Positions 47,936-57,491 of a DNA stretch of 64,000 nucleotides are shown here, one piece after another (positions within the stretch are counted from its first letter, which is position 1; every line of letters starts with the position of its first letter). Under the pieces are notes generated by a model. That model saw only the letters and a program-made list of their open reading frames with translations. It was not told where the DNA came from and ran no database searches. Source of the DNA: a virus; IMG/VR virus record IMGVR_UViG_3300034683_000041, positions 54,396 through 118,395 of that record. One strand, written 5' to 3'. A program made the translations under genes and the position numbers.

Positions 47936-49933
47936 CTACAAGTTTTCTCGACCGACGACTATATCCGTAATGATACGTCGCATGATGTCGTTAGCCTGGA
48001 TGTCGAGACGTACCCGGAGTATACCTCCACGTTGCGCATCATCTTTAGTCTGATACGGCGTTGCGATAACCGGATATTTCCCACCGTACACCCGATAGGA
48101 CTGGGTTTCAATTTCTTGTTTCACAGTAGTGAACATAGATTCGATAGGAACGTCTCGTCCAACGTTTGCTACCCAACTTTCGTATGCGATATACTTGTGA
48201 TAGATGATCGCGTCCACAAAGAATGCGGTAACTAATGCCGAACTTTTATTTGCATATACCGACTGGATATGCGGGAAGAACGGAACAGTCATCTGTTTGA
48301 TCTGGCAATAGTTGATATTGGATTTGTGTAACAGTTCCAATACCTGTTTAGTTCCAGGGAACCAGTTAGTCTTTCTGAAGAAAGTATTTTCGTGGTTCCC
48401 TTCACCAGTAGGTTCTCCCTGGATGATCGTATTGCCCTGGTGAATAGCTCTCTTGTACGCTATCCAGAATACGTGGGGCACTGTGAACTTGATGGATGTA
48501 TCGTGAAGATATCCCGACTGACCCATCACAGTAGCACGACATGCACCAGTACCATGAACAGTACTTTCAGGAGTCAACCGTACTCTGGTCATGATAGCAT
48601 TACCGATGGCTACACTTTCTTCCAGAGTCGGAAAATCGTGCACATCTACAAGACACGCAAACGTGGGAGAAATGTACGGATGTTCTCCTATCATTTGTGC
48701 CATGGCATATTTTGTATCAAGGCTATACCCGACGTCGTAAAGATGAGTCAGAGGATAACGACCTTCATCGTAGATCTCAGGGACAGTTGCTCCAGTCAAA
48801 AGTGCACGGAACATCTCTTCAAATTTCTCATCAGAAAGTTCACCGTCACTTCCGCCAGACAGATAATTCACAGATATGTCAGAAAGACCTATACTGGAAT
48901 CTACCAGAATTGCATGACGATAAGGGACTTCGTCCTTATCTTCCAGTGTAACTACGTTGATCTGCCAAGGGCTAGCAAACGTAGTCGTAACTTCTACACT
49001 CTGGATCTTTTCTGCGATTTCTTTAATCGATTCATCGTAGAACTTGACTTCGTAGGGAAGGATGTTATCGTAAACACCTTCGTCCACTTCAGAGATGTAA
49101 TTGTTTTCGATCACGTCTACAAACGATACTCGTCTTGCAGTCTCTTCGTCAACTACTCCAGGCTCAGCAGTAAAGAATACATGCTGACTTTCAAATTTAT
49201 CCCGCACAGGAAGTGCAATACTTCCATCGTACGGGATCTCAGATGCACCAAATCCATAGAGAACATTCCGTTTCTCATTAAAGATCTGGTCATCTTGAAT
49301 AGCAGGATCAAAGAACCATTTAAATCCTGCACGATTACCCGCAGCACCAGGAGAATCATAAAGAAAGCCAAATACAGGATATACTTTTATACGAACTCCT
49401 GCTTCTTCGACTTCTTTCACCTGTAACCGATCATATTTCTCATCTTCTTCGAGAGCTCGGGTACGGTACTCGAGAGTAACACCAGGTTCTTTGATAGGGT
49501 TGGAACCAGCATCGAGAAGCGGGATGCGTTCTCCCATCTCATCGTAAACAAATCGTCCTTCTTCATCTCTTTCATACTGCTGGATCTGAGCATCTCGAAC
49601 AACACATTCCAATACACACGAAGCCGATTTTACTGTCTCATCTGCAAGACGTACAATAAAACATCCCTGTTGCGGGAATATAGCCTTTTGTAAAAATACT
49701 TGTTCGGGACGAAAGAACTTTCCGAGAGGATCAAAAGTTTCGCTACCGTATTCTGCGATTGCTTCAGGTCCAGTCAAGAACTGGATTTCATTAACTCGAC
49801 CTTTAGCTGCCACTATAGGGAACAGTGGTCTGTGCTGAGGAAGAATTCTTTGAGTAATCGGATTTCCGATAGACTCATCCTTTACCCGTGAGGTATGGTG
49901 AGGATGAGTATATTGCCGAAATAAGTTGCTCAT
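47936..49933 (-). CDS. contractile tail sheath protein (phiKZ gp29-like)
   Basis: PQHRPLF, EYGSETFD, YLSGGSDG, LYDVGYSLDTK, PESTVHGTGACRA. Confidence 0.82.
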   Translation of the reverse strand: MSNLFRQYTHPHHTSRVKDESIGNPITQRILPQHRPLFPIVAAKGRVNEIQFLTGPEAIAEYGSETFDPLGKFFRPEQVFLQKAIFPQQGCFIVRLADETVKSASCVLECVVRDAQIQQYERDEEGRFVYDEMGERIPLLDAGSNPIKEPGVTLEYRTRALEEDEKYDRLQVKEVEEAGVRIKVYPVFGFLYDSPGAAGNRAGFKWFFDPAIQDDQIFNEKRNVLYGFGASEIPYDGSIALPVRDKFESQHVFFTAEPGVVDEETARRVSFVDVIENNYISEVDEGVYDNILPYEVKFYDESIKEIAEKIQSVEVTTTFASPWQINVVTLEDKDEVPYRHAILVDSSIGLSDISVNYLSGGSDGELSDEKFEEMFRALLTGATVPEIYDEGRYPLTHLYDVGYSLDTKYAMAQMIGEHPYISPTFACLVDVHDFPTLEESVAIGNAIMTRVRLTPESTVHGTGACRATVMGQSGYLHDTSIKFTVPHVFWIAYKRAIHQGNTIIQGEPTGEGNHENTFFRKTNWFPGTKQVLELLHKSNINYCQIKQMTVPFFPHIQSVYANKSSALVTAFFVDAIIYHKYIAYESWVANVGRDVPIESMFTTVKQEIETQSYRVYGGKYPVIATPYQTKDDAQRGGILRVRLDIQANDIMRRIITDIVVGRENL

Positions 49934-49990
49934 AGCTTGTCTCCTTGATTATGCTATGGGTTAAACAATCTTGAAGTTGGAGTTTTTCAA

Positions 49991-51025
49991 ATGAAAACAT
50001 TGTTGGATACAAGTTACGCACAAGTAAGTAATTTCCCTTCCCAAATGGAAAGAGTCATTAAATTTTTAGTGACGCAACCACAAACTATTCTCACCCCTGC
50101 GCAACTGCAGTCGGTGTGGAATACCCGACTTATAACTTCTAGTCACATATCTTCAATCTTTGATCAGATGTTGAGAAAAGGACAGTTATCGCATTTCGCT
50201 ACATTAGATCTTGGACAGCTTGCCACAGGCATGTCTATCCCGGATGCGTTATCTTGGACAAACATCACCATTGATCTGAAGTATGCTCAAAACTCACAAG
50301 TGCTCAACAGCTTAACTTTTGTTAAAGATAAAATCTTGATCAATGGTACATCTTATCTTCAGTTAAACTCTTCTGGACACTATGTCACAAAAGACGCAGC
50401 AGAGTTACATAGCATGTATGTCAGAGGACAGCTTTGCCGTAGTTATGCTGAAAGAGGACACATTTGGTGCAATGCTGCAATAACGTTATACTTAATAGAA
50501 ACTTACGGAATTTGCATTTCTGGAATGTTAACTCAAAGGATGGGACTTTCCGGAGATGCACAGATTTATCTGGCTAGATTGTTTGGACTTTACATGGCAC
50601 AAAAGTTGAGTTCTCCAAATTCAACACAGTATCCTGATATATTCCTCAGATGTACAAGTCTTGGTAATCAGAAAGAATTAGATGAGTTTCAAAAGTCTAT
50701 CTTTGCCAATGGTGTAACTCAATTAACTCTCGGAACACTGTGTGAGATCCTGTCACAATCTGACATTTCGACGTTGAATGGATTTACTGTTGGTAAATTT
50801 TACGCATTTGTTTCTTCTTTAGGACCCATCTCCGATCCTGTCTCGACTCGCATCGCGTTTGAATATCCTCCGTATTGGATGTTCTTGATTCTCCGAGCAC
50901 TCGATACGTTACGTGGAGCTCAGCTTGGGAACATGTTGAAACGATATAGACTCGATGGAGATCGAGCTAAAAAAGTTATTCGAGATATCGAATCTTACGA
51001 AGGGCTTTATCGTCTGAATCATTAA
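49991..51025 (+). CDS. virion structural protein (phiKZ gp28-like)
   Basis: IAFEYPPYW motif; divergent from the sheath gene. Confidence 0.6.
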   Translation: MKTLLDTSYAQVSNFPSQMERVIKFLVTQPQTILTPAQLQSVWNTRLITSSHISSIFDQMLRKGQLSHFATLDLGQLATGMSIPDALSWTNITIDLKYAQNSQVLNSLTFVKDKILINGTSYLQLNSSGHYVTKDAAELHSMYVRGQLCRSYAERGHIWCNAAITLYLIETYGICISGMLTQRMGLSGDAQIYLARLFGLYMAQKLSSPNSTQYPDIFLRCTSLGNQKELDEFQKSIFANGVTQLTLGTLCEILSQSDISTLNGFTVGKFYAFVSSLGPISDPVSTRIAFEYPPYWMFLILRALDTLRGAQLGNMLKRYRLDGDRAKKVIRDIESYEGLYRLNH

Positions 51026-51034
51026 GATTACATA

Positions 51035-51066
51035 TGTACTGTGTGGACACAAGTCCACACAGTACA
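51035..51066. terminator. inverted repeat
   Basis: TGTACTGTGTGGAC-ACAA-GTCCACACAGTACA. Confidence 0.7.
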
Positions 51067-51116
51067 CAGAGATAGATCAATTTTATGCAAACCTACAGAT
51101 CTACTTGGGAGCAATC

Positions 51117-53759
51117 ATGCAAAATATCCAGCAAGTATTACAGGCACTGAACAACTTCTGTTTTCAGAATATCTGGCAAGAAATACATAGCGAATTACGT
51201 GCTAACATCGTTCTTGAAAAAGTACAATCGAGATCTCAAAGTGGAAATGTCGTCTTTGAAGGGAAATCCTATCGTCTCCCGACACATAACGAGAGTTATT
51301 ATGTTTATCATGTTCCGAAATACTTAATGTACGCATTTTTAGCACGACAAGTATCTTCGGACTGGGAATCTACTGAATCGTTGTGCAACAATAAAGATCT
51401 GCTTTTTCACGTATATCATACTTCTGGCAAAATGGTCAGTAAAGCTGCAGTATTTATCCGTCCAGCAGAAGATGAATTCCTTATAGCTATCAAGAAAAAA
51501 TATTTGAACTTCATATCTTACGCAGAATCTTCTGATATGCGGTTAACAATGTATCTTGATAGCGATATCGTTAATAAGATTGAAATAAAAACATTTTACG
51601 TACCTACAACTGACACTACATTCGTTGTTCGAAACAATATACATAAATGGATCACAGAACATCCGCACGGAAAAGAACATCTGACAGTATACGCTAATGG
51701 TTACGAAATTAGTTATTCGGATGCAGGATCTATCCCCTCAGGAAGTTATGTAGATATCATTTTAGATAAGAATAGTGTTTTGGATTTCGAAATCGATCTT
51801 ACTGATCTTTCACAAAACTACGTATTCTACAGTGACAAAGATAAAACGTATAAACAGATAGTACACATCCCAAAAGAGTTAAACCCCGAAAACAATGTTT
51901 TAACTCACAATACCGCAGATATACATGTCAGGATAGTCAATGATGACGGATCTATAGGTAGAGGGCTGTATTTACATAGATGTGCCGAACGTGGAGTTGA
52001 TCAGATCACACACAACGATATCTCTATCCCGACATTTATTCTTGATGCATATAGAGATTATCTTGATTCACAAGAAATATCTTTACGTGTAACTTTTAGA
52101 AAACACGACAAAGACAACAAACTGATCAGAGATAAGAATTACATAGATCTTCTCTATACAGAATCCGACGAAAACATCCTTGATCATCTTGTAGGAAAAA
52201 TAGATCAGGAACTGTATTTTTGGAAAGCTAGTCATTTGGAGAAGAGCGAGTACGTACGTATGATGTTCGATGTTCCAAACATCATAACCGAAGATACTCT
52301 TGGACAATATATAGATGGACTTGGATACTATCACGTCATGAGTCTTTTGTGTAAGAAGGTAATCTCTTCTTACTTGTATGATGGACATCATCGAGAAGTC
52401 GTGATACCAAAACCTTATATTTTCCAAGGAACTAAGGTTTTCCCAATTACTTATCTGAATGGAATGAAAGTTCCTTCTGAACAGGTCAGTTACTCGAATG
52501 CTGATCCCTTATCGGTGACAGTCGCACTCGCAGAGCACATCCCTGTTCATGCGAATGATCGGTTAGATGTCGAGCTTCTTGTTGATAGTCGTAAGGAAAC
52601 TTACGCCATCACTCCAAGTTCAGATAATCCTAGACTTTCTGTTCCATTTACTAACTTCAAGATTCTAGAAGAGTTTGATATCAGTATCACTCCTGCTAAA
52701 ATCCTTGATGGAGTAAGTACCAGATCTTACGAAGTATTTACGGAAATAACTGGGAATGTCCTTATACAACAAAGAGAAGGATGCACTGAATTTGCATTTG
52801 GATCACAGTGTTTTAATAGGACTTTTGTCATCCAGAATACCGAATGTGTGTTCCACAAGGGAATCTATCTGGACGAGTATCTAGAAAGGAAAGATCCATT
52901 GTACTTCACTCTGGAAGACGGCGTGATAGATGGTGGATACCTTGCAGCTATCTATGAAGTTCCCTTGGTAAAAGCTTACCTCAATGGTAAGTATCTTGTT
53001 CCTGGGATCGACTTCGAAGTCCACACACTGTACGATCGAAACGAGAAGTTTGTGTGTCATCAGTTAGCTGTATATAACTACGAATATCTTAAAGATAAGG
53101 ATAACTACCTCGAGTGGTTCGTAGCAAGTGCAGATATAGAAAACGATATTTCCGGACACATCGTAGACAACCAAGGTGGATCGAATCTGGAAATTCCTCT
53201 GTACTTCCCAGACATGTCGGTAGTACATGCTGGAGGCATGTTCGACTCCGAAGTGACTTCCGTTGGGAATATGCTTCTTTTCAAAGAGGGAAAGTATCTA
53301 GATGCAACTCCATTTGAAATCCAAACCTCCGTACCTAAAGTTCTCTCGAAGTATCTTGAACCGTACTATTCTGCACAAATCGTAGATAGACTTGAGGTTC
53401 TTCATGAGTACTTCTATGGTAAACAGCCGACAATACCTGAGCAGGTGGTAATCGAGAATTCACATAAGTGTCTTTCGAACTACTCTATCGTGATTATCCG
53501 GGATATCCTCAACGGTACTCTTTCGGGAATCAGTGTTGATGCTGACCTTGATAGAATGCGTAGTCAGTTCCAAGACTACGACTACATTCATGCTCTCGAT
53601 ATAGTCATGCAGCAAAAACTTGATCTGACATATATTGACGTTTATCCTCACTATGCTCAGATTGTAGTTCCCGATCCGGAAAAGTACAGACTTCTTCAGG
53701 CATTCATTCAGATGATTATGCCGGAAGATATGCAAACGTCTGGACGTATCTCTTACTAA
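51117..53759 (+). CDS. virion structural protein (baseplate, phiKZ gp27-like)
   Basis: QITHNDISIP, WKASHLEKS, GLGYY, YLNGKYLVPGIDF; synteny; start moved to ATG 51117. Confidence 0.65.
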   Translation: MQNIQQVLQALNNFCFQNIWQEIHSELRANIVLEKVQSRSQSGNVVFEGKSYRLPTHNESYYVYHVPKYLMYAFLARQVSSDWESTESLCNNKDLLFHVYHTSGKMVSKAAVFIRPAEDEFLIAIKKKYLNFISYAESSDMRLTMYLDSDIVNKIEIKTFYVPTTDTTFVVRNNIHKWITEHPHGKEHLTVYANGYEISYSDAGSIPSGSYVDIILDKNSVLDFEIDLTDLSQNYVFYSDKDKTYKQIVHIPKELNPENNVLTHNTADIHVRIVNDDGSIGRGLYLHRCAERGVDQITHNDISIPTFILDAYRDYLDSQEISLRVTFRKHDKDNKLIRDKNYIDLLYTESDENILDHLVGKIDQELYFWKASHLEKSEYVRMMFDVPNIITEDTLGQYIDGLGYYHVMSLLCKKVISSYLYDGHHREVVIPKPYIFQGTKVFPITYLNGMKVPSEQVSYSNADPLSVTVALAEHIPVHANDRLDVELLVDSRKETYAITPSSDNPRLSVPFTNFKILEEFDISITPAKILDGVSTRSYEVFTEITGNVLIQQREGCTEFAFGSQCFNRTFVIQNTECVFHKGIYLDEYLERKDPLYFTLEDGVIDGGYLAAIYEVPLVKAYLNGKYLVPGIDFEVHTLYDRNEKFVCHQLAVYNYEYLKDKDNYLEWFVASADIENDISGHIVDNQGGSNLEIPLYFPDMSVVHAGGMFDSEVTSVGNMLLFKEGKYLDATPFEIQTSVPKVLSKYLEPYYSAQIVDRLEVLHEYFYGKQPTIPEQVVIENSHKCLSNYSIVIIRDILNGTLSGISVDADLDRMRSQFQDYDYIHALDIVMQQKLDLTYIDVYPHYAQIVVPDPEKYRLLQAFIQMIMPEDMQTSGRISY

Positions 53760-53768
53760 ATATAGCCT

Positions 53769-53801
53769 GATAAGATGGACACTTCGTGTGTCCATCTTAT
53801 C
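53769..53801. terminator. inverted repeat
   Basis: GATAAGATGGACAC-TTCGT-GTGTCCATCTTATC. Confidence 0.7.
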
Positions 53802-53819
53802 TCATCCAAATTTTAACAC

Positions 53820-53827
53820 TATATTAC
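53820..53827 (+). promoter_or_regulatory. early promoter core TATATTAC
   Basis: Upstream of the DUF285 gene. Confidence 0.7.
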
Positions 53828-53867
53828 ATTGTGAGTTGAATACTTGTAACATTTAAGGAGAATCATC

Positions 53868-54560
53868 GTGACTACGGGACACAAAATTATTGTTACTGAC
53901 GACACTATTCGTCAAATTGTCAAGTCGGAAATCAACCAATACGGCTACGAAGCCGACCTTAACCACATCGACGTCAGTCAAGTGACTGACATGTCGTATC
54001 TGTTTGCATTCGTCCACTTTTGTGGAAACATCTCCAAGTGGGATGTAAGTAACGTGGTAGATATGTATGGGATGTTCGAGAACTCTCGGTTCAACGGAGA
54101 CATATCCCAATGGGATGTAAGTAACGTTAAAAACATGGGTGGTATGTTCTGTAAGGCCGACTTCAACCGAAACATTTCCAAATGGAATGTGGGGAAGGTT
54201 GAGAATATGGCGTTTATGTTCCAAGCATCTGAATTCGACAGAGACATATCACAATGGAATGTAAGTAATGTTAAAGATATGTCCGGCATGTTTCTCATGT
54301 CGGCTTTCAATGGCGATATTTCGAAGTGGGACGTAAGTAACGTAGAGAATATGGCGTTTATGTTCCGAAAATCGGATTTCGACGGAGACATATCGACTTG
54401 GAACGTAAGTAACGTGGTAGATATGTATGGGATGTTTTCGCGTTCTGAGTTTGAAGGAGATCTCTCCAGCTGGAATGTAGGTCTCGATACAAATACAAAT
54501 CTGATGTTCCAGAAATCACCCATGGAACAACATCCTCCGTTGTGGAGTAAACGAAACTAG
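53868..54560 (+). CDS. BspA/DUF285-family repeat protein
   Basis: DLNHIDVSQVTDMSYLF followed by repeated (N)GDISxWxVSNVxxMxxMF. Confidence 0.9.
   Translation: MTTGHKIIVTDDTIRQIVKSEINQYGYEADLNHIDVSQVTDMSYLFAFVHFCGNISKWDVSNVVDMYGMFENSRFNGDISQWDVSNVKNMGGMFCKADFNRNISKWNVGKVENMAFMFQASEFDRDISQWNVSNVKDMSGMFLMSAFNGDISKWDVSNVENMAFMFRKSDFDGDISTWNVSNVVDMYGMFSRSEFEGDLSSWNVGLDTNTNLMFQKSPMEQHPPLWSKRN
53967..54510 (+). repeat. coding tandem repeat, 72-bp (24-aa) period, about 8 units
   Basis: TGG codons at 54039, 54111, 54183, 54255, 54327, 54399 and 54471. Confidence 0.85.
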
Positions 54561-54577
54561 AAACGTTAGTATGTACG

Positions 54578-54616
54578 ATAAGAGAGTTCCTCCCGGTCAA
54601 GGAGGAACTCTCTTAT
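54578..54616. terminator. 16-bp-stem inverted repeat
   Basis: ATAAGAGAGTTCCTCC-CGGTCAA-GGAGGAACTCTCTTAT. Confidence 0.7.
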
Positions 54617-54703
54617 ATCAAGATATGACATTCGATTTATTTGAAGGATATATTATTTTTTTTGAATCATCCCTTCGTGAACTTTAAACATGGAGATAGT
54701 TAC

Positions 54704-55087
54704 ATGTTTGATCCTAAAGCTTTCCGTACTGGTACTCGTCCCTTCTGGTTCGAAAATTGGCAGTTTGGCGGATATCCTAACACCCGTATGGCTAACTGGA
54801 AACTGGCCCCAATCAAAGGTGTACAAGTGGACAATCGTCCCGTGTATTTCTGTGGTAATCGTAATGGAGCTGACAATGGCTGTGCGTCTATTGTGGACTA
54901 CGGAACTTATCTCGACATTGCAGTATACACTGATGTCGATCCTAAGACCGTGGTCGAACAAATTCGCAACGGTCAAAATACCCAGGATGCGCTACACATA
55001 ACCTTACCCTACTCGAAAATTATGGTTCCGTTTGGTGTCCAATTGTTAACCATCATCGACCAACAGGAAAATTGGTCGCGTGAATAA
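54704..55087 (+). CDS. hypothetical protein, probably early
   Basis: GGAG SD before ATG 54704; variant promoter TATATTAT at 54649-54656. Confidence 0.65.
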   Translation: MFDPKAFRTGTRPFWFENWQFGGYPNTRMANWKLAPIKGVQVDNRPVYFCGNRNGADNGCASIVDYGTYLDIAVYTDVDPKTVVEQIRNGQNTQDALHITLPYSKIMVPFGVQLLTIIDQQENWSRE

Positions 55088-55090
55088 CAG

Positions 55091-55124
55091 TGACTAGAGC
55101 TCAGGATACCCTGAGCTCTAGTCA
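55091..55124. terminator. inverted repeat
   Basis: TGACTAGAGCTCAGG-ATAC-CCTGAGCTCTAGTCA. Confidence 0.7.
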
Positions 55125-55173
55125 TATAACTTTCAAACTACTTTTCTTATTTTTTTACACTGAGATTTTCCAG

Positions 55174-55181
55174 ATAGTATG
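55174..55181 (+). promoter_or_regulatory. late-type promoter ATAGTATG
   Basis: TTTTCCAGATAGTATG upstream of a structural gene. Confidence 0.6.
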
Positions 55182-55214
55182 CTATAGCTGTAACCTAAAA
55201 GGAGAGCTCTCCCT

Positions 55215-56891
55215 ATGACTTCTATATTTTTATTCAAAGACAGAAGACCGAATGCGTGTTTTCGAGATCAGATTTACGATCCTGCTGTCGATGGAGAAGC
55301 CCATCTGGATATGCCCAAACTTATCCCAGCAGAAGGGGCAATCGTAGTAGATAGAGACGATGACTATTCGTTGTATTGTGCGGTATACATTGATCCTATC
55401 ACATTTGCTACGACATTAGAACCGACTAGACTTGTAAAAAACGAAATAGATAATGAAGTCGGTATTGTGTCTTATGGTAACGATCTGTTCATGCTCTATT
55501 ATGACGACAGAGTGGAACCAACACAACTTCATATTGATGGTAAACTTCGACTGTTTGGATCTTCACTTGCAGAATACCGATTAAGCAGAAAGAATCTTGA
55601 CGGATCGGTTGACTACATATCGACTTATGTAGATGCCAGTGATCACATCAAAGGAGAGAGAGTTCCTGTAGCATCTCTATCTCCTGGAAGTCCTATCAAG
55701 TATTGTACTAATTGTCACACTTTACATACTTTACAAGATGGGGAACAGATAGTTCTCGAAGTCTTCAACAATGAAGGCATCCTTATGGTGTCTGTTATAC
55801 TGTTCGTCAAACGTGCAGTATTTCTCAATGATTTATTGAATACTAACACCATCATCACTGGCATGACTGCAACCGCTAACCAGATGGATGGAGATGATTT
55901 TTATCTCTATCAGAGACAACAACCAGATGAACTTGTGATATCTCCGATAGTGTCGTATTCTGACGGAAATCAAGAACGTCTTTCTATAGATAATGAAAGC
56001 TGTTTTTGTTATGGGTTGGATGAGTTCATCCCTATATTCCCTGGACAAAAACAAAAAGTACTTATCAAGAAATTCCTTGGAAGAAAACAAACGTCCCCTC
56101 TACAAAAGACGGATGGTATAGAAAGATTTATTTCCATCGAAAGATGGGTAACTGTACTTGCCAACGAGTCGTTAGCAGGACTCAAAATATCCATTGTTCC
56201 TATCTGGAATGCTCTTGAGAATAAATATGATCTCAAATTCATTGGATATTCGGATAGAAGGGATAAGATCTATGATCTGACAAATAAAGTCACTCCGTTA
56301 TCAGAATGGAGTACCGGGATGTTTAACACATTCCAGGATATTACTTTTTCTGTCGATCTGACCGAAGCACTTGGTACGGCTGCTACCGTAGAACATCGTC
56401 AGAAGTGTTTTGTCAAATTCAAACACTACAACGAATTCGAAAGGTGGGTCATGAAGGATTCAGAAACGGACAACTACGCATACGGTGTGGAAGCACCGAA
56501 TAGACGTCGGCCTGTTATCCACTATGATCATCTCTTAAAAGTCTTCTTTATTCCTACTTCCAGGTTCGAAAATAAGGAAGCATTCATCGAAGCATTCTAC
56601 ACGGTTGCAAGACCCCCATACGACCCAGAAACAGAGATCAGTGCTATTGTTCCTACACACTTTACCATCAGGGACATTAATGATCTTCACACGATCATTA
56701 CCTCACCTATCCCTGTGGAAGAGTATACCCAATTCTGGAATATCAACCGACAAACTCCTGAAAGTTACGTTGGATCTAGCTTTATTGTAGAGTTCTTGCA
56801 GAAAGTCGGAGATACATACCTGATCTTATACGGAGTTCCTGTCGATATCTACCAAAGTCCGACTGGTTACAATACTGAACTGAATCCCTAA
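55215..56891 (+). CDS. virion structural protein (baseplate, phiKZ gp26-like)
   Basis: 558 aa; LYYDDRVEPTQLHIDGKL, VSYSDG, PTHFTI; synteny. Confidence 0.62.
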   Translation: MTSIFLFKDRRPNACFRDQIYDPAVDGEAHLDMPKLIPAEGAIVVDRDDDYSLYCAVYIDPITFATTLEPTRLVKNEIDNEVGIVSYGNDLFMLYYDDRVEPTQLHIDGKLRLFGSSLAEYRLSRKNLDGSVDYISTYVDASDHIKGERVPVASLSPGSPIKYCTNCHTLHTLQDGEQIVLEVFNNEGILMVSVILFVKRAVFLNDLLNTNTIITGMTATANQMDGDDFYLYQRQQPDELVISPIVSYSDGNQERLSIDNESCFCYGLDEFIPIFPGQKQKVLIKKFLGRKQTSPLQKTDGIERFISIERWVTVLANESLAGLKISIVPIWNALENKYDLKFIGYSDRRDKIYDLTNKVTPLSEWSTGMFNTFQDITFSVDLTEALGTAATVEHRQKCFVKFKHYNEFERWVMKDSETDNYAYGVEAPNRRRPVIHYDHLLKVFFIPTSRFENKEAFIEAFYTVARPPYDPETEISAIVPTHFTIRDINDLHTIITSPIPVEEYTQFWNINRQTPESYVGSSFIVEFLQKVGDTYLILYGVPVDIYQSPTGYNTELNP

Positions 56892-56940
56892 TGCATACGT
56901 GATAGCCATATTCTCTCATTAACCAAATCGATCTAACAAT

Positions 56941-56972
56941 AACTAGAGCTTGGGATGTCCCAAGCTCTAGTT
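56941..56972. terminator. inverted repeat
   Basis: AACTAGAGCTTGGGA-TG-TCCCAAGCTCTAGTT. Confidence 0.7.
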
Positions 56973-57010
56973 CAATAACATTCTTATTTTCTTGGTCTAA
57001 GATTTTTCAG

Positions 57011-57018
57011 ATAGTATG
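57011..57018 (+). promoter_or_regulatory. late-type promoter ATAGTATG
   Basis: TTTTTCAGATAGTATG; nearly the same context as 55174. Confidence 0.6.
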
Positions 57019-57042
57019 ATTTACGCTAAGGAGAAAGCTATC

Positions 57043-57480
57043 ATGATACAGAATCACGAAAACCCCATCCAGGGTTACTTTTATTTTGACGGAAAGTTCT
57101 ATCCTGCTGAAAAACTTATCAAGTTCTGTGAAGGTAAGGACACTTCTGAAATATACGTGGATCCAAAATATTTTAGCTCTACTACAGTGGAACAAGCATG
57201 GGGACATGTTGGGGTGTTTCCTGATGGGACTATCGAGTACCGTGACATCACCATGGCGGATCTTGCCAAACATATTCCACGGATCTTAAAAGCGGATTAT
57301 GTGCAGTTTCCCATCATTACTCATATAACCCCTAAGGGAACTTACCAGATTCTGGATGGAAGACACAGATATCTACATGCATACATCGACAAACAGACTT
57401 GTATACAATCGCATATCTTAAATTTATCTGAAATGCGGGAGTTCACACAACAGTATTCTACCTGGGCTAAACTCAGGTAA
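57043..57480 (+). CDS. stand-alone ParB/Srx-like domain protein
   Basis: FPII...YQILDGRHRY; AAGGAG SD before ATG 57043. Confidence 0.7.
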   Translation: MIQNHENPIQGYFYFDGKFYPAEKLIKFCEGKDTSEIYVDPKYFSSTTVEQAWGHVGVFPDGTIEYRDITMADLAKHIPRILKADYVQFPIITHITPKGTYQILDGRHRYLHAYIDKQTCIQSHILNLSEMREFTQQYSTWAKLR

Positions 57481-57491
57481 GGAGAGGGGTC

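Noticed and set aside
47090-49426. Long antisense ORFs (231, 134 and 344 aa) opposite the tail tube and sheath genes
   Set aside because: No recognisable motifs; expected shadows of codon bias in highly expressed genes
53853-54600. Repetitive minus-strand ORFs (123, 181 and 80 aa)
   Set aside because: Antisense shadows of the DUF285 tandem repeat
53769-55124. Integron attC cassette array
   Set aside because: Repeats lack RYYYAAC/GTTRRRY ends and extrahelical bases, and no integron integrase is present
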